A stretch of DNA of 56,280 nt, counting the filler, from Sphacelaria rigidula (lineage: Eukaryota): NCBI GenBank assembly GCA_964200075.2. It is 7 parts of 7 records of this genome, joined end to end, with 100 filler letters (N's around TTAATTAATTAA, not from the genome) between each part and the next. Parts side by side here need not be neighbours in the genome. Positions count along the whole stretch, not along the records: positions 24,165 to 32,118 come from CAXNAA020012852.1; positions 32,219 to 40,172 come from CAXNAA020012853.1; 5 more parts are not named here. The stretch is one strand, 5' to 3'. Shown here one piece after another: positions 24,165 through 37,571 of this stretch. Position 1 is the first letter of the stretch, and each line of letters starts with the position of its first letter. Both the position numbers and the translations under genes were made by a program. Below the pieces are notes generated by a model that searched no databases, was not told the origin of the DNA, and saw nothing but the letters and a program-made list of their open reading frames with translations.

Positions 24165-25664
24165 AAGGATGTCTGACACACTTATGAGCCTCGTTTTTGG
24201 TGCAACCAAATACACCCCCCCTATCGTAGGATGACTCTGATATTGTAACCACGGTAATGATCACAGCAATTTTGACCCACAGTGCAATCAGTCGTATTTT
24301 TATGTTTGGGCGCACAGGCTTTCGGCCCAAGCCTACCCAAATCTCATTCCGGCGCTTTTCACTCGCATGTACAGCATCAATCATAAGACGGCACACGCCC
24401 CCTTGTGATTGGACTTGCCCAACGGTTGAGCCCCGCCAGATTGATATCTATCCCTCCACTGATACTAAACGCACCACCTGACGGTGTTGTGGAAATGTAG
24501 AAATCCCCGCGTTTCCGAATAGCAAGTGGTGGGGTAATCCCGAGTGTGCGAGTGCTGACGCCATGAAGCTGTCGCCCTCTACATGGTCTATTTACACTTC
24601 GCGTTCATTCCCCATTCTCCGTCACAGGTCCACATTAGGGAACCATAGATTGACGGCAACACGCTGCGGAAGTGCCCCCCCCTTTTCTTTCGCTCGGCCA
24701 GTAGACACACATTACAAAACTGAATCAATGCCGTACGGCACAGGTTCAGGTTTGTGGTGCGGGTACACTGGGCTCGATCAGACTGTCATGATGGATACCA
24801 TGGCTGCAGAATCCCGTGCCTCGTTACATGACTCCTAATTGCGCAACGACCAACCCCAGTGTTTTAATTCCAGAGCTGATCACCTAGTTTTGCCTCCAAG
24901 TGGTATTAATCATAGCCAGCTGGATCCTTTCTCCGCGGGATCGGCAGTCATGTAGTGTAACACCTCCCGCCTCCGAAGCAGGTACATCTTTTGTCGCGGT
25001 AGCCGTTACGCCCGCAAACGTTCATTGCGGGACAAAACAATCAAGACCACACACCAGCCCCCAAACATGCTTAGGTGCCAGGCCAAGCCCTGTTACACCC
25101 ACGAACGAAATAAAGTCGGTCCCCGGTCCCCTTTTATTTGGTGAGCGTAATTTTCGAGCACGAAGCGCAACTGTGTCGAACCCTGGCCGTCGCTCAGCGG
25201 GTTGGGAAGGAACCCCAAGTAACAGCGCTGGTGGAGTACCACGAGCTTGATCAAAGGCGGACTGTCCTTGACCAATTTCCAATAGCCCCCGGAGCAGCCG
25301 GACTGTTGGTGCGCCATACGTGTCACCCTCGGCGGGCTCCTCCGGATGACCCTGTAAATATCCCTGAAGATACAGTTGCACCCGTCCACCGAAATCGTGA
25401 ACGGGTGTGGGTTTCATCAGATGAAAGCGATTCTGTCGATCAGGCCGGTGTTTCCCAGATTTCGAAGAGATCAACACTGCTCCCTGTCGACCCCTCACAC
25501 ACTATGTTAGAACCCAGCTCTAAAATAGCGTTGTCATGTGTTGGGTCAGATACCTCGCTGCCAATTGGGCGTTCGCCTCCTGGTCATGAAAACCTCCCGT
25601 CTGAGTCTTCATCACAAGGGAAACGTGGTGTAGTGACCGACGAGCCGTCCACGCTTGACTGTTT

Positions 25665-25959
25665 GCACGGGTGGCCACTGGGGTCTGTAACCTGGCCATT
25701 TTGGGACCTTATCCACCTTTGGTAAGGTCCGCATATTGGGTAGACAACTGAGGAGCATTCGCACAGCATGGACAGGATCGAAACAGAACATGTCCCAGTC
25801 GAAAGGCGGGTGACTCCCCTGTAGGCTGGAACATGTTTTGTTTCGAACCTGTCCATGCTGTGCGAATGCTCTTCAGTTGTCCACGTAATCCGCGTACCTT
25901 ACCAAATGTGGATAAGGTCCCAGAAAGGGCAGGTTACAAACCCCAGTGGCCACCCGTGC
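25665..25959. repeat. Imperfect inverted repeat (295-nt hairpin)
   Basis: 25665-25798 is the reverse complement of 25826-25959; 24-bp perfect core GAGCATTCGCACAGCATGGACAGG. Confidence 0.95.
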
Positions 25960-26449
25960 GTCCCCTATTTCACCAACGTCGTCCCCCACTAAGACGGGTA
26001 GCGAAGTGACTACTGTAGCCAAATCGCCTTCACCCTTTGACGAAACGTCCCCTTGTTCCCCCCCACTTCATGTTGTACCTTCGCCAGCTTCGCAAACAGC
26101 AAACAGACGCTTCGCTACTTGTTGCGGCCGACCTAGGTATTTCAAACCAACCCCACCAGTTGTCGCGGCCAGCCACGACAACTGCCCTTCCCAAGCATCG
26201 TCCATCCCTTACCGTATACAAATTTCAACACTCGACAGATCTTCCACCAACTGCGACCGACACTCCGTGCCCCAACCCATCTGCGGACAGAAAGCTTGCT
26301 CCAAATAATCACCAACGTGTGTATTTCAGCACAGCCGCTCACAATCACAATCACGCTTTGTCCACAGATCTAGTCAGCGATACTGCAATCATGGATGATG
26401 CCTCCTTCACAATGATAATAGGTGTACATAGTGGAATGCACGCATAAAA

Positions 26450-26813
26450 CCCTTTATTAGCTGTTGCGTTGCCCGATGCAGGCTCGCCTCAAACGTTCAG
26501 CACCGCCAGCTTCTGGCAACAAATGATCAACGCGGGGGCTGCGGACGCACATTGCGTTTCTACGGTTTCCCCTCGTGTTTTTGGCGTGTCTGGTGCTTCC
26601 AACTCACTTACGGTTGATCGATCAGTAAGACATCGTGTGCAATTTTTCGATGACACGGGTCCGACTGCGCGATTATCCGTATGGGCTCTCATAGTGCCCG
26701 ATGGTTCCATGTCGGTTGGTGTTTTACTGGGGCGTGATAGTTGGCTACGGTTTTCCACTCATACGTACACGTCAGACCACCTGTTCCGCACCATCCCAAG
26801 ACTGGCAGCTTGA
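26450..26813 (+). pseudogene. Retropepsin-like aspartic protease remnant
   Basis: AVALPDAGS (degenerate D[S/T]G motif) and VLLGRD. Confidence 0.75.
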
Positions 26814-27396
26814 AATTGGGATATCACGACACTGCTTCGGGGGCGCATGCCTATGTCGATGATCCAACAAAAACAGGTGGTGCCTTCCGACTATAATATG
26901 TGGGTGACAACGTAACCTCCTTATCCCTTGAACCCCAACTCATACATGTGAACCTTGTGAGACGGAACGGATCCCCTGCCCTCACTGGGCAATACTTGGT
27001 CGAACTCATTAACCCCAATCAACCGGCTGATGATGTAAGCACCTTCGATCACGAAGGTAGACAATCCATTCCTCTCACGTCCTCTGCATATTTCGATTTA
27101 CTCTCCGGCCAGTTGTTTGCTTTTGCTCAGGCGCCCCTACTACGGACAGGCTTGTCAAACGTGTGTCTGGCAACCGAACGGAAAATGCCACCAGGCACCT
27201 CGATCAACGCGGACTCTCCGCCGTTCGACAAGCCTCGCCCGATGGTAGTGGACGATGCGTCTAACGCACCTGAACCGAACCCCCCAACTGCATTGCTAGA
27301 TAGATTATCGCCAGAGCAAAGTGTTAGTTTCCAACGTTTATGGGACGATATCCCCCCACATTCGCGACACATTGCTTTTGATCTATCCAGTGAGGG

Positions 27397-28800
27397 TTGG
27401 ACCCCACGGTGATCGATAGGCTCCGTACCATTTTGATAAGATACTCTGAACGGTTTTCCACAGCACCCCTAGATCTCGGCCGCTGCACCACTACACCGTT
27501 CAAAATCAAAATTCCTGATGGAACGCCACCTATCGCTACTCGTCCGTACCGTACAAACCCCCTCTTAGCGGATAAAATTCAGGTAATCCTCGACGGATAC
27601 TTATCCGCCGGTGTAATACGGCACTCAACGTCCCCGTGGGCCTCGCCGCTTGTAGTCGTCCGGAAAAGCAGCAAGATCAGACTGACGGTCAATTACCAAC
27701 GATTGATCGCAGTCACCAAAATCGCACGTCTGCCTCTTCCCCGGATAGATGAAATCATTGACTCTCTCGGCGGGGGTAAAGTATTTCCGAACTTTGACAT
27801 GCAGTCCGGCTACTACCAACTTGTGATGGATCCGCAATCTATAGAACTGACGGCGTTTTGTACACCGTCAGGCCTGTATGAATGGTTAGTAATACCACAA
27901 GGTGCCGCCGGCGCCCCTGGGGCATTTCAACGTGTGATGTTTCGTGTGACAGATGGATTGTCCAAGTGCCATACGTACCTCGATGACGCGGTCATACACG
28001 GAAGCACCCCTTCCGAACATGTCGAGCACTTAGCATCTTTCTTCGCTCGCTTCGAACAACACAACTTGAAACTTGCCCCGTCTAAATCCCGCATTATAGC
28101 GACTAGCATCGAATTCCTGGGCCACTGTATCACTCCTGAAGGTCGTAGTCCAAACCTCAACAAGATTACCGCACTTACAGACATGCCCATGCCACGGGAT
28201 ACATCTCAACTGCGCTTTTTGCTCGGCGGTTTGAGCTACTACCGACAGTACTTGCCGAACCTAGCCCAAGCCCTCAAACCTCTCACCCCCCTTCTCAGAA
28301 AAGGAGTGAAATTCGCGTTCACCTCGGAAATGGAGAAAATAGTACGTCAACTACTCGAGACCCTCTCGCGACCACCAATCTTGGTTTTCCCAGACCGGTC
28401 GGCCGCTGAGAATGGTTCACGTCCATTCCGACTTCACACAGATTCCTCCAAAATTGGATTAGGCTGTACGCTGGAGCAGGAGCAACCAGATGCAAATATT
28501 CGCCCCATTGTACATTTGAGTCGAACCATCTACCCAAACGAACAAAACTGGTCGGTCATGGAGCAAGAGGCCGGTGCGATTGTTTGAGGATTGTGACGTC
28601 TCAATCAGTACTTGTATGGCATTCCGTTTGTGATTTATACAGATCATAAGTCTTTGGAAAACCTCGCCAAAATGGCGGAACACAACGCCCGGATTCAACG
28701 CTGGTTTGAAATCCTGTCTTCTTACAACTTCACACTGAAGTACCGAACATAACCTCAAAACGCAAACGCTGATTTTCTGTCTAGCTTGCCCATCCCGGCC
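27397..28800 (+). pseudogene. pol: Gypsy reverse transcriptase and RNase H, with in-frame stops at 28585, 28594 and 28749
   Basis: RT: SPWASPLVVV, LPRIDEI, FDMQSGYYQ, TAFCTPSGLYEW, YLDD, IEFLGH. RNase H: FRLHTDSS, EQEAGAIV, YTDH, ADFLS. Confidence 0.95.
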
Positions 28801-29749
28801 CAACCCATCGACAGCTCCACCTTGGGACGTATCACGGATCCTACCGAAGACATTGTATATTTCATCAACAGAAACGGTCATAGCGGTATGACTGCTGCCG
28901 AGATAACCCCCCCCAAAACCGGCCAAAAACGTGCACGGAGGCGATGATCATAACTGCCCTTAAAGCTGGTTTCGTGCCGCACGACGCGACTGATTTGGGC
29001 GTTATAGCTGATTTCGGACTGCTACACGCCTCTCATGTGGGCGAAATAGCTGCAAATGAGCCCAATAGTGGGATCGCAGCCGGTTCGTTGGATGGTGTCG
29101 GTGCACTTTTTGTGGAGGGGCTATCTCGGCATTAGTCGTATCTACACACCTCTCTCACTGAACAACAACTCGCCACTTGGCATGGACGGGCTGACGACTC
29201 AATCGTTGTGTTCATTTTGGAGTGGAGCTAGTACGAACGCGAACGGGTATGATCATTTTCGTGCAACTGGTCATCGTATGGTTTGTGCTGCAGATGTAGA
29301 ACCGTCTTGTGCTGAAATCGTCCTCCCGGTTCAGGTGCGAAATCTCATCTCGAGTAGAACCAGGGGACGACGGGCCGCCGAAACGGCCGCCATCCTGGCA
29401 GCCGCTGACCCGGACCTTCCTATCCCAAGCGCCATCCCGGTGCCCAATACTTTCTTGCACCCTCACCCACCGCGGCACAAGGCCCCCAGAGGATCGACTC
29501 CATCCACGGCACGACTTCTTACCATATCCGAAGCTTCGGCTTTGCCCCCCTTCCCCGGTGATAATGCACCCACTTATGCCTCGTCATCCAATGCGCTAGT
29601 CAACGTAGGATTCGAAGACAGTGTTCCGCTTGAAAGTACACTAACTGATTCCCCCGCGCATGATCCAAATATCCCCGATTCGAGTCAACACCACCGTGCC
29701 ACGAACCCTTTTATTTTGGAAAACCCGTCGGATAGTGTATTTGAGGAAC

Positions 29750-31367
29750 GTTTGACCCTTCTTTCCAACGCCGATTGGGCCAGAGAACAACGAGCTGAAC
29801 CTGCTTGTAGAGCGGCTATGCATTATCTATCCGAAGGTTGTCCGTCTCCTCTTCCAACCACCGAATCCCTCTTGCCCGTTGGGAACCACAAAGCCCCCAC
29901 ACAGGATGAAGGTACTGAACTATCGCGGAAAGGTATGCTTTATACGGATGATGATGGCGTCGTTCTCTTAGTTCGCCGGCCCACCGCGCCCCTTCGTGTG
30001 GGTAAACCTACCAGTACACACGCCTGCTTGTTAGTTGATGACCCTACACGAATTTATGTGCCGATGCTGCTGCGCCCATGGGTTCTCCATGAGTGTCATT
30101 CACACGCATCGACCCATCTGGGAGTTGCTCGGACCTCCCAGATGCTCGAGCGCTTCTATTGGTGGATTTGTATGGACCAGTGTGTACGTTGGTGGGTGAG
30201 ACGTTGTCTTTTGCGTCAGGCGCGAAACAATTCACGACAGACAGTTCGTTGGTCGATTGTTCCCATGCCACTCCCAAACGGGCCTAGTGAAGTAGTTTCG
30301 TGGGACTATTTTGGCCCCTTGCCCCTGACGGATAGTGGTCATCAGTATATTTTGTTGTTCACAGATAGATTTAGTCGCCATGCGGTGATGCACGCCGTCG
30401 CTGCCAGTAGCTATACCGCGGAAGGTACCGCCAACATTCTTGTATACACGTATATTCCGCATTGAGGTGTGCCCAAACGATTGCTATCCGATAACGGCCC
30501 GCATTTCGCCGGCAAGCTTTCTGCTGCGATCATAACTCCTGGGTGCCCATCGTATTTCTACAAGCTCATACCATCCGTCCACAAACAGTGGGACCAAACG
30601 AGTGAATCATACGATGGCTCAAATGCTTGCAACGGTAACCAACGAACGACAAACCGACTGGGGAATTTGCATTTGCCCCTTATTCAGATGAACTACAACA
30701 ATTCAGTCAATGCCGCAACGGGAGTGGCTCCCAATGAAGTTTACATTGGTCGTATGCCCAGATTATCACTTACGGTGTTCGAACGGAAACCTTATGGGGG
30801 CCATCAGGGTTGAATAGGGATATTGCGGAGTACCATATTTTTGTTAGTAATCGTCTTCGTCTAGCGTATGAGGTGGTACGCGAGCAGAACCAGATTAACG
30901 CAGCAAAAGTAGCCAGGGCAAACACTGTGTTGGATGATGCGGTCAACAATCGTCCGGTGTGGAAGGGAAATCAATGGGCATGGGTGTACAATGACGTGAA
31001 GACCGCAACTCAGGGGGCTACCTCTAATAAGTCGTCGTTGGATAAGGTGTTGAAGTCGAAACTATCCTTGAATTGGACTGGTCCCTGGAAGATCTTGGCG
31101 GTAGGGCCCTGTGATGCCGCACCCGACAATAATAGTCCGATAGGCGAGAAACTCTTGTATTTTGATTTTCCCACTGATGAACCTGGCATCAAACCCAAAA
31201 ACCGAGTATCGATCTTGAGGTGTAAACCGTGTCTGCCCCCCCATGATGCATCCGATATGCCCAACCAACTGCCAATAGGTCTCAGTCAGTCCGTGCTGAC
31301 CAACTATGCGGTCAAAGCCCCCCTATATCACATGACGGCTGAAGATGCCAACGAGCCCCTTGAGTGA
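29750..31367 (+). pseudogene. Gypsy integrase (HHCC zinc finger, DDE core, GPY/F-like motif), disrupted
   Basis: H...HLGVART..MLERFYWW...RC, WDYFGPLP, FTDRFSR, SDNGPHF, WTGPWKI; stop at 30463 and frameshifts near 30540-30660. Confidence 0.9.
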
Positions 31368-31961
31368 GTAGTGGTACATCGCATCTCGGGCCATCAATTA
31401 GTCCGAGGTCGAGGAGGTAAAATAGCGGTTATGTCCCAGACTCATTGGAGGGGTATCATACGTGTAACATGGAAGCGTAAGGTCGACTTACGTCGCTTTC
31501 GTCGGGAAATATTGCTGTACTGGGTAGGAGATGCCGTCCAACACCGCCCGTTGAATAAGAGATGTAGGTCGATGAACAAAGGAGCTGCCGCTCGAGAACT
31601 GGCACGAGAGCACTCGGCGCGGTTTGTTGTAGCAGGATGTAGCCTTCTCCCGCGTTCACAATACATGCAGTCTTTTCACGGACAACGTTTGCTGAAGGGA
31701 GCGTCTTTTTGGCATAAGGCTTTGGATTCACTGTGGTGGTTGGGTAAGATTCATTTGGTCGATCTTGCTTCTGACAATTCCTACTTTATCCGTTTCCTCG
31801 ATGACCCGAGCCCCCTTAAGATTCGCTTGGATGATGCCTACTACACCGAGGTGCCGACCGCTCCGAGGGGATCCTGGTGCCTCCAACGACACGACCAAGG
31901 CGATCTCGACACAGCCGTTGTACGCAACACGGACACCGCTTGGGAGGCAGAAGGCTCATGA
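31368..31961 (+). pseudogene. Integrase C-terminal chromodomain-like region plus a second beta-rich (Tudor/SH3-like) module
   Basis: VHRISGHQLVRGRGG..VM..THWRG....TW fits the chromodomain pattern; then FWHKA...WWLGKI...YFIRFLDD. Confidence 0.65.
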
Positions 31962-32118
31962 TGCCACATCCGAGTCTGCTTCCCCACTCACTTTGTGTAG
32001 CGTACTATATTCGAATGGCTGGTTTTGCGCCGTAGCGTCGTTGGATAACCATGTGTCCCCCCCCCCCCCCCCCCCACCCCACCTCCTTTTTTTTTTTTTT
32101 TTTTTTTTTTTTCTCATT

Positions 32119-32218
32119 NNNNNNNNNNNNNNNNNNNNNNNNNNNNNNNNNNNNNNNNNNNNTTAATTAATTAANNNNNNNNNNNNNNNNNNNNNNNNNN
32201 NNNNNNNNNNNNNNNNNN
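32119..32218. other. Artificial contig spacer
   Basis: N44-TTAATTAATTAA-N44. Confidence 0.98.
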
Positions 32219-32816
32219 CCGTCTCGAAAGGGATGCGTGGTCAATGGTCAAACGACTAAGGCAAGCAACAAATGAGTACGCCCCCCTTCCCTCTCCCCCG
32301 TTCCCTGTTCTCTCTGGGGTTGACGTCGGTTGGCGATGACGCTATAAAACACGCCACTCATCACGTAAGCTAGGCAACCAGGTTGCCGCTTTTTGGGCTG
32401 CTTGCGTTTTTATTGCGGTAACCGTGATGGTGGTCGAGCTAGATCATATTGTGCGGGGTAGGAGAACCTCAACTCTGCGCAAAGGGGATGCTCGTACTAC
32501 GCAGTGTTGAAATGGTGAGACCCATGAGCAACAAGGCGTGGCTGTCTCTGGAAGTGGCAACACCAGAAAATGAAGCAATCCGTTGTAGGCTATCATCCGT
32601 ATGCAAGATGATCAGTACGCTTTGGACCGAACAATCTTAGCAGAATGCGACTTACCCTTCATGCGACTCGCCGAAGACATCACGGCGCTTCGCACTTGGT
32701 GCTTAAGTGCGAGCCTGATCCGGCGGAAACTCGGCATGCTCAGTCCTGGCTTTGTAGGCATACGAGGTCAATGGTCTTGCGAGTATGGCATGCATGACCA
32801 TGAGTACACCCCCCTC
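32219..32816 (+). repeat. Fragments of repeat family R1 (32219-32286 and ~32520-32816)
   Basis: Align with 177-243, 1-165 and, inverted, 12060-12330. Confidence 0.85.
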
Positions 32817-34623
32817 TCCAGTGTGGACAAGCATAGTGATGTTGCAAAAGATTACTGCTGCCGTACAGCATTATTTGATAGGTCGCTGAGACGATGCCCA
32901 TAATCTTGGGATCATGATGGTTATATTGCAAAATACTTGATAAATTTTAATCCATGCAGTGAATTAAACGCCTCGCGTGAAGTTGGATAACATGTCAAAT
33001 TGCACTCTAAAGTTGGGTTTCTGTTGATCTCATTTCTGGCGGAACCACCGTATATACCGTGTAATATTGCTATGCTGGTATCAAATGCCGTCTTTTTCGC
33101 GCTACGCAATCAATTAATCATTTTGAGCCCCACCCTGTGTTGGTGCTACATAAATGTAGTGTCGACAGTGTCTTTTCATTTTGCGGTGGTGCTTAACCAA
33201 TGACATTGGTGGAGGGTGGAGCAATCAAGTGGCCAGCGATCGAAAGCGGACCATTTTTTTTCTGTTGATACAGAAAAGTGGGCCGGGGGAAGAACATGCC
33301 CTCTACTTCAATCAAGCAATATTACAGAGAGAGGCGAAAAAGACACGTTTGTACTTGTCGGACAACCTGGGCCCTTCCGCGATCAAAATGGCTTTGTTGT
33401 ATAGGAAACTGTTGCGATCTTTGGCGAAACATTTATCGTTTGGTCCTAGAGGAGGGGAAAATCATGGAACATCGCCTCTTCAGACGTACCAATACATGAA
33501 GCAGAGCAAACTTGCTCGTTTTATAAACACCGAAGAGCAGCCGGGAGATCGGTGGAACCACCTATCCGCGACGACCGCAATATGCACCAACGGCAGAGTC
33601 TGCCACTCATCTGTCTACCGTCCAGCCACGGCTGGCAGCAGCGTGGTGGGGGTCACCAGCTGCCGGCAGCAGATACCGTATCCGAACTGGTGCGAGCATG
33701 GATTCGGCTGGCACATTCTCCGCCTCTGTACTGTACTGAATATACTGGGCTGGACTGTACTCATGGCTCGACTGATGACCACCTTGACAAGACACGTTGC
33801 TGCGGGGAGCTACATCCGTCAGTGACAGGATCAGGTGAAAATGGGCGTATGTGGGACTGTGCTCTACTGGTTGGTGCGGGGCGGTACTGTACTGTGCTGT
33901 GCCCTAGTACGGCACCGGACTGCTGTAATACTGACTGTGGTAGATCTAGGATGTATGGAAAGGCTGTACTCTGTTGAGTACGTACGTGGTGATTTCCATG
34001 TGATATCTTCTACACTCACGACCAGCCAGCAACATGCGCTTTCCGTCGGTCGTGAGGGTGGGACCAGAAAAGGTCAAGGCACCTTAATTGGACAAGTTAC
34101 ACCTGCCGTGACGCCAAAGCATACTTGACTCCACGTACAGTCGGACCCACCACACTGATTATGCCGATTGTTTCGTGCTGTGCAGAGGTTCGGACTCGAG
34201 AAAAGATCTTATCGAAACCGTTGTACTGTAGCGTAAAACAATACGCAAACGCTGTGATAGGCGGCGTACGTGCAAGGTGCACAAGAAATATTCAACGCGA
34301 ATTAAGCCCGCGACTGGCGGAGCTCACATTCGCCAGAGTAAGCAATCTGCGGCAAAACCGCCGTGCTCATTATATCGAAGTTTATATATCGGGCCCATAT
34401 TTGAGACAATCCCACTTGCTCTGTATAGCCAAGAACCCTAGCTACCAATGCTTCGAACTACGATGTGGCACAACATTGCCTTGAAGTGATGCGCCGCCAA
34501 AAAAGCGAACCCACGAATGGTAAATATGTTATTTCATCGGGTTTTGAGCACGATGTTGTACTTGGATGGCAGCGGACGGCGACTTACTCGTGTGTGCAGT
34601 AGCAGTACATGTCAGATAGTGAC

Positions 34624-34692
34624 CTGATTGATTGATTTATTGCCGCATTTTGACTGACCCCCCAGGGATCCAGCCGTGGTCACATGAGATAG
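34624..34692 (-). repeat. Short dispersed repeat, probably a LINE/SINE 3' tail ending in (AATC)n
   Basis: TTTATTGYCGCAYTTT..CTGACCCCCAGGG.TCCAGYCGTGGTC.CATGA is shared with 56032-56083. Confidence 0.7.
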
Positions 34693-36547
34693 TGCAGCTT
34701 GAGTACTACGGAGTGGCATTTCAGATGCTAGAATGGAAATGACTTTCGAGCTTGCAAAACTCCCCATCTGCTGTCCGTACTGTGGACGATATACACATCG
34801 CCAGTAAGTTGCGCTGTAGTCAGTCCATGGATTTGAGCGGGAATCCTTCGAGAATGCCGCTGTAGGGATGGTCTACCGTTGGGCATGTGTATACGTCACG
34901 ACAAATGTTGTTCATCGAAGTATTTGACCTGTCCGCATCTCGATTTTGAGTGCGTGGTATCAAGCTTGACCCTTGATATGACGTGAGGCACATGTCGGGG
35001 GTGACTGGGCATTACTCGACAACGATAACAGGTGCTGCTGGCACTGACCGACGATGCGTCATTGCTGCATATTGAGTTCATTAATAGCATTTTATGGCTG
35101 CGTCAACCACAGTTTTCCGCAGTTTGAAAAAGGCTGCTATCGCGGTGACATACTACATATTTACCGTCACGCCACGTGCTTGTCAACGGCTGTGCATATC
35201 CTGTGGCCAATGGACCCGTCCTCTATTGCTGCGCTGTTTCCCCCCCGCCCATTCTTGTCGAGATGATGAAGAACGAGAGTACCCATGCAGCGCACAAGTT
35301 CACCCCGGAAACATGGCAAAAGTACATGCACAGTACACAGCAGCATTGCGAAGCCCAAGAAACGGCACGGCGTCAGAATTTGACCTCAGTCAAAGCTGGC
35401 GGGTCAGGAACCGCCGACGATTCCGGATGCGATGGATGCTAGAGTTGGGTGACTATTGTGCTCGAGTAGGTGCACCACGCACCACAGAGCGCGAAGAATG
35501 AAACCAAGTAAATGGTGCATATACACGATGTTCAAGTTCACTACTTTCCCCAAGTCGTCTTGACGTATTTCTACACATACGAACCATACTGACGGGACGA
35601 TCACAGTACTCGTTTCCACCGTGCCACCTGCACTCGTGAATGGACATCATTACCGATATATTTCAGTGCAAGTTGGACGCCAGCGACAGCGGCATCGCCA
35701 AGCAGTCGAAGCTTCATCTTGGCTGCCAAAGGCCGGCCTCCAGCGGTTCACCACTAGCGAGGCAGGTGTTTTCCGACTGGACAACCTCGAACGATCCCCC
35801 AACGGCATGCTTGGAGGCGCAGGTAAATCTACTCTCACACACAAAAGTGTACTTTTATCCATCAAGTAGTGTTGGTAACCCATTTGTGGCCAATCCAGGT
35901 GAATGATGAAGTCCGACACCATATGGCTATTGGCGAAGCTTGAATTGGTAGTCTTGCTCTATAATACATGAACTGAATGGTGTTCGAAACTCTTTCCTCG
36001 TATTCTTCAGAGTGAAGCTCACTTAAGCCGTGGGAGGGGTTGCGTTTGGTGGAGAGCAGAGTGTTGCTTTTTAGTGTGCGTTGCTCATTCGAGTGGGCCG
36101 AATTCCATTGCGAGATTATCAACCACTCTGGTTGCTGAAAACCAATCTCTTGAGAGAGGGTAAACCACGCGGAAGTCACGTTGTCCTTTTGATCTCGGTA
36201 TGGTTTGCGGTTGGGTCAAACACGAAGTGCTGCGACTGCAAATAGTCCGTCGAGCAGAAGGCGTTGCCGCACACTTGAGTACAGTCATGGCTGTCGGTTA
36301 GCGTCTTAGTATCGTCGAGCATTCCCCGTGGTGTGGTTATCGCATGGGCGAGAAGTGCCCCCTCGCATGCCCCCGAGTAGAACCGTGGGGCGAGACGCTA
36401 CTGTTGTCGACTGTCCTGATCCATGTAAACGGCATAGTTCAAGCTAGTTTGATGTTTCAGCTACCCGGCACACTACGTGTGTGAACTGTTGCAAGCTGTG
36501 CCTTGAAATGCGTTGCACGTGTTGTCTTCGTCATTTTCACCTGGAAG

Positions 36548-36669
36548 GGGTACTGCAGTGCTCCGACACCAAGGAAAACGTGCCGATATCAGCCCTGGTG
36601 AATGTATCCGGCCTGGTGCTATACTCCGTGGAGGTGTTAGACGGGGAGATTCTGCTGCTCTTCATGCAG
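36548..36669 (+). CDS. Exon of a P-loop sulfotransferase-like gene (…SGLVLYSVEVLDGEILLLFMQ); acceptor uncertain
   Basis: CAG|GTGTG donor in phase 0 with the exon at 37360; resembles the hydrophobic 'LY.(V/I)' segment that precedes the PF...A helix in this family. Confidence 0.55.
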
Positions 36670-37162
36670 GTGTGGGCGCCTCCTCAGCACGGATTTTTTG
36701 CATTGTCGAAACTGCAAAGATCCTAGGTATAACTTTCAACTCCCCTCTGGTTGGTAATACCGTCGTACAGTTGCACAGGTGTTGTTGAGACTTCCTTCTT
36801 CAAAAGTCTTGTTACCCTCCCCCGCCGCAAACGGATTCGGTACAGTCACTTCTATTGTCACACCGCGGTTACTTTTTTCGTGTTGTCCCTGTTTATCGAG
36901 GTTTCCCTACCGAGTGCTTCCGTTTCTATTACCGCGAGTAAGTCTATCATGTGACTACTGCTGGATCCCTCGGGAATCTGGCAAAGCGCGACAATCAATC
37001 CGTCCATCTGTCGCTAGCGCCCCCTCGTCTTCCGATCCTCAAATTCCACAGCAACTGGCGTTTGTCAAACCCTTTTCAAATAAGCTTGCCCCTTTGTCCA
37101 CAACCCCCTCAACACTGGACGGCCGACCCTCCACCCTTGACTTGCGTGAAGGCGATTTCAGC

Positions 37163-37194
<32 letters not shown>

Positions 37195-37359
37195 GTGTGT
37201 ACGTCACTATAGTGTGGTTGATAACTCCGGAATGAAAATGAAGAATGGTGTTAGTTCGAAGTCAAAAGCAGAAGTAGCATAAATGGGCGTACCACGTTCG
37301 CGCTCCATCCGTTTCAAGTCCCGATCCGGTTCATGCGGCATACATGAACGCAACACCAG

Positions 37360-37571
37360 GTACCTTCAGTGGCCGAGATGATGCAGCGTCCTTTCCTCGA
37401 TCGGGCCGTGCGCGCGGTTGCTGACATCGGTAGCAAGGTGTACGTCGTACGACTGGACGCTGTGGAAAACTTCGCCAGTCTGAAGCCCCTGCACGAGCTT
37501 TCGCCAAGAGAGCAATCTCACTATTCGATCGTGTGGAACACCGGCCGGTGCGGGTCAACGCTGATGCACAG
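37360..37571 (+). CDS. Exon of a sulfotransferase-like protein containing the PAPS-binding 5'-PSB loop
   Basis: VPSVAEMMQRPFLDRAVRA…SIVWNTGRCGSTLMH; CCAG acceptor, donor at 37572 or 37577. Confidence 0.75.

Larger units (their letters stand above)
26400..31961 (+). mobile_element. Decayed Ty3/Gypsy LTR retrotransposon pol region (chromovirus-type); LTRs not visible
   Basis: Domain order PR-RT-RH-INT-chromo with multiple stops and frameshifts. Confidence 0.95.

Noticed and set aside
24165..25660. gag ORF or 5' LTR of the Gypsy element
   Set aside because: No convincing zinc knuckle, PBS or TG…CA repeat, and no matching 3' LTR before the contig end
33181..33825. 214-aa ORF
   Set aside because: No recognisable motif or splice structure; runs into TACTG-type low-complexity sequence
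35000..36300. Possible further distant U1-like coding remnants
   Set aside because: Only faint peptide resemblance by eye; needs a profile search
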